20,000 nt of DNA. Source: an uncultured virus (IMG/VR IMGVR_UViG_3300025706_000025). Taxonomy: Duplodnaviria > Heunggongvirae > Uroviricota > Caudoviricetes. Position numbers and translations under genes: made by a program. The stretch is taken from the IMG/VR virus record IMGVR_UViG_3300025706_000025; one strand, given 5' to 3'. Shown here in pieces: positions 15,934 to 20,000 of this stretch. Position 1 is the stretch's first letter; each line of letters begins with the position of its first letter. Under the pieces are notes generated by a model, which was not told the DNA's origin, did no database searches, and saw nothing but the letters and a program-made list of their open reading frames with translations.

Positions 15934-16472
15934 AAGAACTATCTGACCCAGAAAAGCACGTTCTGGCCTTTCAAGCAGGCGCAGCAAGCCGCGATGCCGA
16001 AATCGAATACATGCGCCTGCAACTCACCGCAGCACAGGACGCCCTTGAAAACGAACAAGCCAAGGGCATCCATTCCTGCCATGCAGACTGCACGATGGAG
16101 GGGTGCGTCAATCGTAAGCTGCGCCAGCAACTCTCCGCAGCACAGGAAACAGTTACCCGCTTGGAAAAAGTTTCTATATTCAAAGAAGAATGCAGACAGT
16201 CCATTGAACAGCAACTCGCCGACAGCCAGAAGCGAGAAGTGATGCTGCGGCATGCGCTGCGCTTTTACAAGTCAGCACTCACGGCAGACGATGTTGCTGG
16301 AGTAGCACTCGCCGCCACCGCTGACCTAAAGGACGTGATCCTGTGCCATGCGGAACTTTGTCGTAACGACGGTCGCTGTCAGTACGCAATAGACCACGGT
16401 GCGGAAGGGTTGGGTCATTGCCCAGATGGTAAATGCTGTATGCCACTATACCGCGCATGGGAGCCGAAATGA
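15930..16472 (+). CDS. Modular coiled-coil hypothetical protein (180 aa) with Cys/His clusters
   Basis: ATGA overlap; LRQQL-type repeats; HSCHADC...C and CRNDGRCQY...HCPDGKCC clusters. Confidence 0.8.
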   Translation: MKELSDPEKHVLAFQAGAASRDAEIEYMRLQLTAAQDALENEQAKGIHSCHADCTMEGCVNRKLRQQLSAAQETVTRLEKVSIFKEECRQSIEQQLADSQKREVMLRHALRFYKSALTADDVAGVALAATADLKDVILCHAELCRNDGRCQYAIDHGAEGLGHCPDGKCCMPLYRAWEPK

Positions 16473-16850
16473 GCAAAGGTCTTATAGAACGACTGCTTGA
16501 CAATCGTGTTACTGGTTTCAATCTAACTGTTGCAGCCGTCGAAGCCGCTGATCTGATCGAAGCCCAAGCAGCGCAGATCAAGTTGCTACGGGATGCGCTT
16601 GAATCTATGTCTGCACTTGGGGGTAATGGCTGTGTACAACGGCTCACCACATTGGATTTTTCCGATAAAGGTTATGCACCGTTCTAATGAAGCGCTCGCC
16701 GCCACCGCTGACTTTAGCAAGTATGTGTTGTGCCATGCGGAGCCTGCCTGTCATGTTGCAGACCTTGCATCTAATGTAAGGGGGCGCTTTATAGAATATG
16801 GCGTGTCGGCACTTACATCCCTCTACCGCGCATGGGAGCTGAAGATATGA
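16469..16850 (+). pseudogene. Modular gene split by a +1 frameshift
   Basis: MSKGLIERLL... stops at 16687. The +1 frame continues with EALAATADFSKYVLCHAEP...LYRAWELKI, homologous to the end of the preceding gene, and it carries the ATGA junction to the next gene. Confidence 0.6.
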
Positions 16851-17284
16851 CCAGACTAGCTATAGAAGCCGCATACTTTGGTGCGGTACAGGACGGAGTA
16901 GAAAGTCAGCAGGAGCTGATCGAATCCCTGCGCCAGCAACTCGCCGATGCCCTCGCTATCAACGAACACAATTTCACGGTGTATCAAACGGCGGCCTCCA
17001 AACTACGCCAGCAACTCGCTGCTGAAATTATGAGGTTGGAAATTGCGCTACGCATTAAAACAGAAGAGCACAAATGCTGTTCTGAGGATTTAATGAAGTT
17101 GCGTGAGAGCGAGCAATCTGGGTGGAAAGAGGCAGCGATTGCGTGGGAGGTGTGTGGTTCGATCCACGAGGCATTTGCAAAAAAGAAAGACGCCCTGTAC
17201 TCGACACGACATTCGGATTTTGAGCGACATGCGGAGGACGCACGGAGGATGTTATCTACAGAGTCAAAGGAGAAAGTAGAATGA
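16847..17284 (+). CDS. Modular coiled-coil hypothetical protein (145 aa)
   Basis: ATGA overlap and GGAG RBS; two LRQQLA modules. Confidence 0.8.
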   Translation: MTRLAIEAAYFGAVQDGVESQQELIESLRQQLADALAINEHNFTVYQTAASKLRQQLAAEIMRLEIALRIKTEEHKCCSEDLMKLRESEQSGWKEAAIAWEVCGSIHEAFAKKKDALYSTRHSDFERHAEDARRMLSTESKEKVE

Positions 17285-17664
17285 GCCACGATTATAGCCA
17301 GAACCACTACGGACCAAATGCTTCGTTTGATGGATATGATTCAGACCTTGCCTCTGCCGGGATACTAATCGACTCTCTACAACAGCAACTCGCCGCTGCC
17401 CTCGCCGCGATCAAGAGTAAAGACGCGGCGCTTCAGTCCGCAATATCCGCCCACAAGTATGAGTCTGGGGACTTGCATGACGCACTCGCCATTCAGCCTG
17501 ACGACTCTGCGCTCAAGGTGTGGCTAGGGGAGCCTAGGTCGTATCTATACAAGTTCAATTCAGAATTTGGTGATGGTACTTTCTGGAGTCATCGCCCAAC
17601 GCATAATGGAAATACCGCGCTTGAGGCTATTCCACTCTACGCACCGAAATGGAGGACGAAATGA
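17281..17664 (+). CDS. Modular hypothetical protein (127 aa)
   Basis: ATGA overlap and AAGGAG RBS; LQQQLAAA module; ends PLYAPK. Confidence 0.8.
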   Translation: MSHDYSQNHYGPNASFDGYDSDLASAGILIDSLQQQLAAALAAIKSKDAALQSAISAHKYESGDLHDALAIQPDDSALKVWLGEPRSYLYKFNSEFGDGTFWSHRPTHNGNTALEAIPLYAPKWRTK

Positions 17665-17990
17665 GCAAGGAACTGATTAACAAAATCCGCGCCAAGAAGC
17701 GCAATGCAACAGACGAAGAAGATGAATCTGCTGACCTGATCGAACGCCAAGCAACGCAGATTGAGATGATGAAAGATACTCTGTCAAGAATCATGGGTGG
17801 CGTGTCAAACATGGGGTATTACGAACGTGCTCGAAAGGCACTTTCCACCACCCCCAACGAAGCCCTGCAAGCCTTCGCTGAAAGGGTGCGGGATCAATGC
17901 GCTCTTGTCATCGAAGCACAGGATGTTGATCCATCGTTCAAACACAGGATGGCGAGTGCTATTCGCAACTTGAAGGAGCTACCGAAATGA
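17661..17990 (+). CDS. Modular hypothetical protein (109 aa)
   Basis: ATGA overlap and GGAGG RBS; ADLIERQATQI module shared with the gene at 16469. Confidence 0.8.
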   Translation: MSKELINKIRAKKRNATDEEDESADLIERQATQIEMMKDTLSRIMGGVSNMGYYERARKALSTTPNEALQAFAERVRDQCALVIEAQDVDPSFKHRMASAIRNLKELPK

Positions 17991-18181
17991 CCTATCCAAA
18001 GAAATCACGCGCAGTATCCACTGTTGGTGGGCTTATTAAGCAACTTGAAAAACTACCAAAAACCATGCCGCTTCTAGGAAGTTTTGATAGTCCTGTGCTT
18101 GTTCAAGTCTATAACTATAGTGATAGCGCCAGGGAGTTAGGATTACGACTGCACTGTGAAATTATTGAGGCTGACCGATGA
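17987..18181 (+). CDS. Hypothetical protein (64 aa)
   Basis: ATGA overlap; TVGGLIKQLEKLPKTMP motif typical of small phage proteins. Confidence 0.75.
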   Translation: MTYPKKSRAVSTVGGLIKQLEKLPKTMPLLGSFDSPVLVQVYNYSDSARELGLRLHCEIIEADR

Positions 18182-18420
18182 CCACACGCGAACAGATCAT
18201 CGCTGCGGCGAAACTGTCTGAAATAGTCAGTGCCAATTATCGCTACGACAGCACAGACGAAGCTGACTGGATAGACATAGAACGCTTCTACACCATCGCC
18301 TTCGAGGCGGGTCGTATAGCTGAACGGGAGGAGTGTGCTTTGACTGTTGAAACTGAATCGCAAGATTCTACAAGATATGATTTTGCACAAGCTATCCGCG
18401 CAAGAGGAGATACGAAATGA
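18178..18420 (+). CDS. Small hypothetical protein (80 aa), paralog of 15580-15933
   Basis: First 36 nt and last 32 nt each differ by one base from those of 15580-15933. Confidence 0.8.
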   Translation: MTTREQIIAAAKLSEIVSANYRYDSTDEADWIDIERFYTIAFEAGRIAEREECALTVETESQDSTRYDFAQAIRARGDTK

Positions 18421-18740
18421 GTAGTGAAAATTCACTTGTTGAGAGACTACGCGAAGGGGTATTTGGTAGTAATGAAGCTAAAACAGATACCGTACTTCAC
18501 GCACTCATGATTCAAGCTGCTAACGAGATCGAATCCCTGCGCCAGCAACTCGCAAGCCGCGATGCGGAGGTTGCTCTGCTTAAAGCTGACAACGAATATC
18601 TTTATATTGCAGCAATTGAGCGCGACCAACTCCGCGAGCAGGTGACGTTGCTACGGGATGCAATCTTAAACCGCATGTCGTCTGAAAATCACTGGCCTGA
18701 ATACATCATAGAAGCACTCGCCGACACGGAGCCGAAATGA
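18417..18740 (+). CDS. Modular coiled-coil hypothetical protein (107 aa)
   Basis: ATGA overlap; IESLRQQLASRDAE and LLRDA modules shared with upstream genes. Confidence 0.8.
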   Translation: MSSENSLVERLREGVFGSNEAKTDTVLHALMIQAANEIESLRQQLASRDAEVALLKADNEYLYIAAIERDQLREQVTLLRDAILNRMSSENHWPEYIIEALADTEPK

Positions 18741-18741
18741 T

Positions 18742-18951
18742 CTATTTTGGAAAATATATATCCGCCAATGCCTGCATGATCGGTATAATCAGCTTCTATC
18801 CCTTCCACATCGCAACAAGCTCATCAAGTGCCGGACGCATGTTGTCTGACTCTATAAGATGTGCATTGATCTTGTCGCGGATTTCCATCAACATCTGGTC
18901 TTGTCGATCAAGCCGGTGATTAAGGTTATGTATTATTTCGTGATCGGTCAC
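18742..18951 (-). pseudogene. Small coiled-coil gene with internal TAG (possible truncated lysis-region membrane protein)
   Basis: GGAGAAGGGA RBS and GTG at 18951 give MTDHEIIHNLNHRLDRQDQMLMEIRDKINAHLIESDNMRPALDELVAMWKG*(18796-18798)KLIIPIMQALADIYFPK*. Confidence 0.55.
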
Positions 18952-18993
18952 TATTTATTCCCTTCTCCGGTCTTTGCCGTCGATGATTAAAAA

Positions 18994-19641
18994 TCAGGTG
19001 TCTGCCGTCACTCGCACGACATTGGTTCCGTCGGCGTAGATAATCGCCCGCTTCGTCGCCGCCACGGTGACGCCAGTGCCGGTCGCGCCGATGAATTGCA
19101 GGCTTTGGCCGGTGCCGTTATAGACAATCCATTCCTTCGGCGACAGCGGCACAACGATATTCCGCGTCGCCGTCAGGGTGCCGGAAAAATCCATTATCCG
19201 CGCACGTGCTTCGGCATAGGAAAGCGTCGTATTGGCATCGGTCAATGATTTGGCAAGTCGTTCCGAAAAATCCATTTGCCAGATACGATGATCAGTCCAG
19301 TCGGTAGGCGCGGAGGAACCACAGACAACGGTATAAAGCGGGATTTTCCCTGCAGTGAATGCCGATGCATTTACAGTGACCGCGCCTGTAGTCCTATCCG
19401 CTTCCAGATAATTCGTCGCCGAAAGCGTCATCGTTACCGTGCCGTGATTGACCGAAGTAACCACACCGCCGATCAGTACCTTGGCCCCGTAATATCCCCA
19501 CGTATTGCCGGAACTTGTCGAAGCCCTGCGCCCGTAATAGGCCGCCGGACTCATGGCATCGAGCGCCTGATTGACCGTCGTTTCCTTGCCCGCCTGGCCG
19601 ACGCTCAGGGTATCCAATAGATTTGTACTGTAATCGCTCAT
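18994..19641 (-). CDS. Putative tail or tail-fiber-associated protein (215 aa)
   Basis: AGGA RBS. The LDTLSVGQAGKETTVNQALDAMSPAAYYGRRASTSSGNTWGYYG N-terminus and FSGTLTATRNIVVP...IYADGTNVV C-terminus are typical of phage tail proteins. Confidence 0.75.
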   Translation of the reverse strand: MSDYSTNLLDTLSVGQAGKETTVNQALDAMSPAAYYGRRASTSSGNTWGYYGAKVLIGGVVTSVNHGTVTMTLSATNYLEADRTTGAVTVNASAFTAGKIPLYTVVCGSSAPTDWTDHRIWQMDFSERLAKSLTDANTTLSYAEARARIMDFSGTLTATRNIVVPLSPKEWIVYNGTGQSLQFIGATGTGVTVAATKRAIIYADGTNVVRVTADT

Positions 19642-19650
19642 GTCTTTTCC

Positions 19651-20000
19651 TTACGAGTCCGGGAATGCTGCGGCAATGGGCGAATACGCCCCTGAATATC
19701 GCCCGGTTTTTGTTACTCTGAATTCTTCTGCATAGAATACTGCGGTTGATGACCCGTCTCCGTTGCCAAACTCAACTTGCGACGTGCCTGCAAAGATCGT
19801 CGACGTGAAGGCAACCGACTTTTTGACGACTCCATCCACCGTGAAATAGAGCGTATTTCCAGACCGGAATATCGCCCATTTTGTCCATGTATTTGCTGGT
19901 ATTGCCCACGAGTCCGCGATCGAGTTGGAACTTAATGCGGTTACAGTATCCGACCCGGTTGTTGATACACTAAAGCGGAATTCCGTATTTCCTACGCCCG
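19651..20000 (-). CDS. C-terminal LamG/concanavalin A-like domain of a tail protein (5' end off the window)
   Basis: The frame is open to the window edge: ...IPANTWTKWAIFRSGNTLYFTVDG...FYAEEFRVTKTGRYSGAYSPIAAAFPDS*, a LamG-like pattern. Confidence 0.8.
   Translation of the reverse strand, partial: GVGNTEFRFSVSTTGSDTVTALSSNSIADSWAIPANTWTKWAIFRSGNTLYFTVDGVVKKSVAFTSTIFAGTSQVEFGNGDGSSTAVFYAEEFRVTKTGRYSGAYSPIAAAFPDS

Noticed and set aside
18737..18919. 60-aa + strand ORF
   Set aside because: It has an array-type ATGA start, but its body is the antisense of the more protein-like - strand gene at 18951-18742; probably a junction remnant.
15580..20000. Diversity-generating retroelement or integron explaining the repeats
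   Set aside because: No reverse transcriptase, integrase, attC-like palindromes or long TR/VR pair with adenine-specific mismatches in the window.

Overview
This is a 20-kb segment of a tailed dsDNA phage or prophage (Caudoviricetes). The left part (- strand) is the packaging module: terS, terL, three small genes including a ferritin/Dps-like gene, and a P22-like portal that runs off the left edge. TerL is interrupted by a 269-aa intein (3477-4283) with no in-frame nuclease. Instead, a complete endonuclease VII-type HNH gene (3574-4044) with its own Shine-Dalgarno site is nested inside the intein in a different frame of the same strand, which is the most striking feature. A repeat- and palindrome-rich divergent control region (5720-7390) precedes a + strand early region. 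That region holds small hypothetical genes, a structured ~400-bp intergenic element, a 666-aa + 129-aa gene pair, an AEP/SF3 primase-helicase, and a 3.1-kb chain of ATGA-coupled small genes built from shared 13-36-nt sequence blocks. The right end (- strand) has tail/receptor-binding-type genes followed by a small gene with an apparent premature amber stop. All assignments come from reading motifs by eye; no database searches were run.
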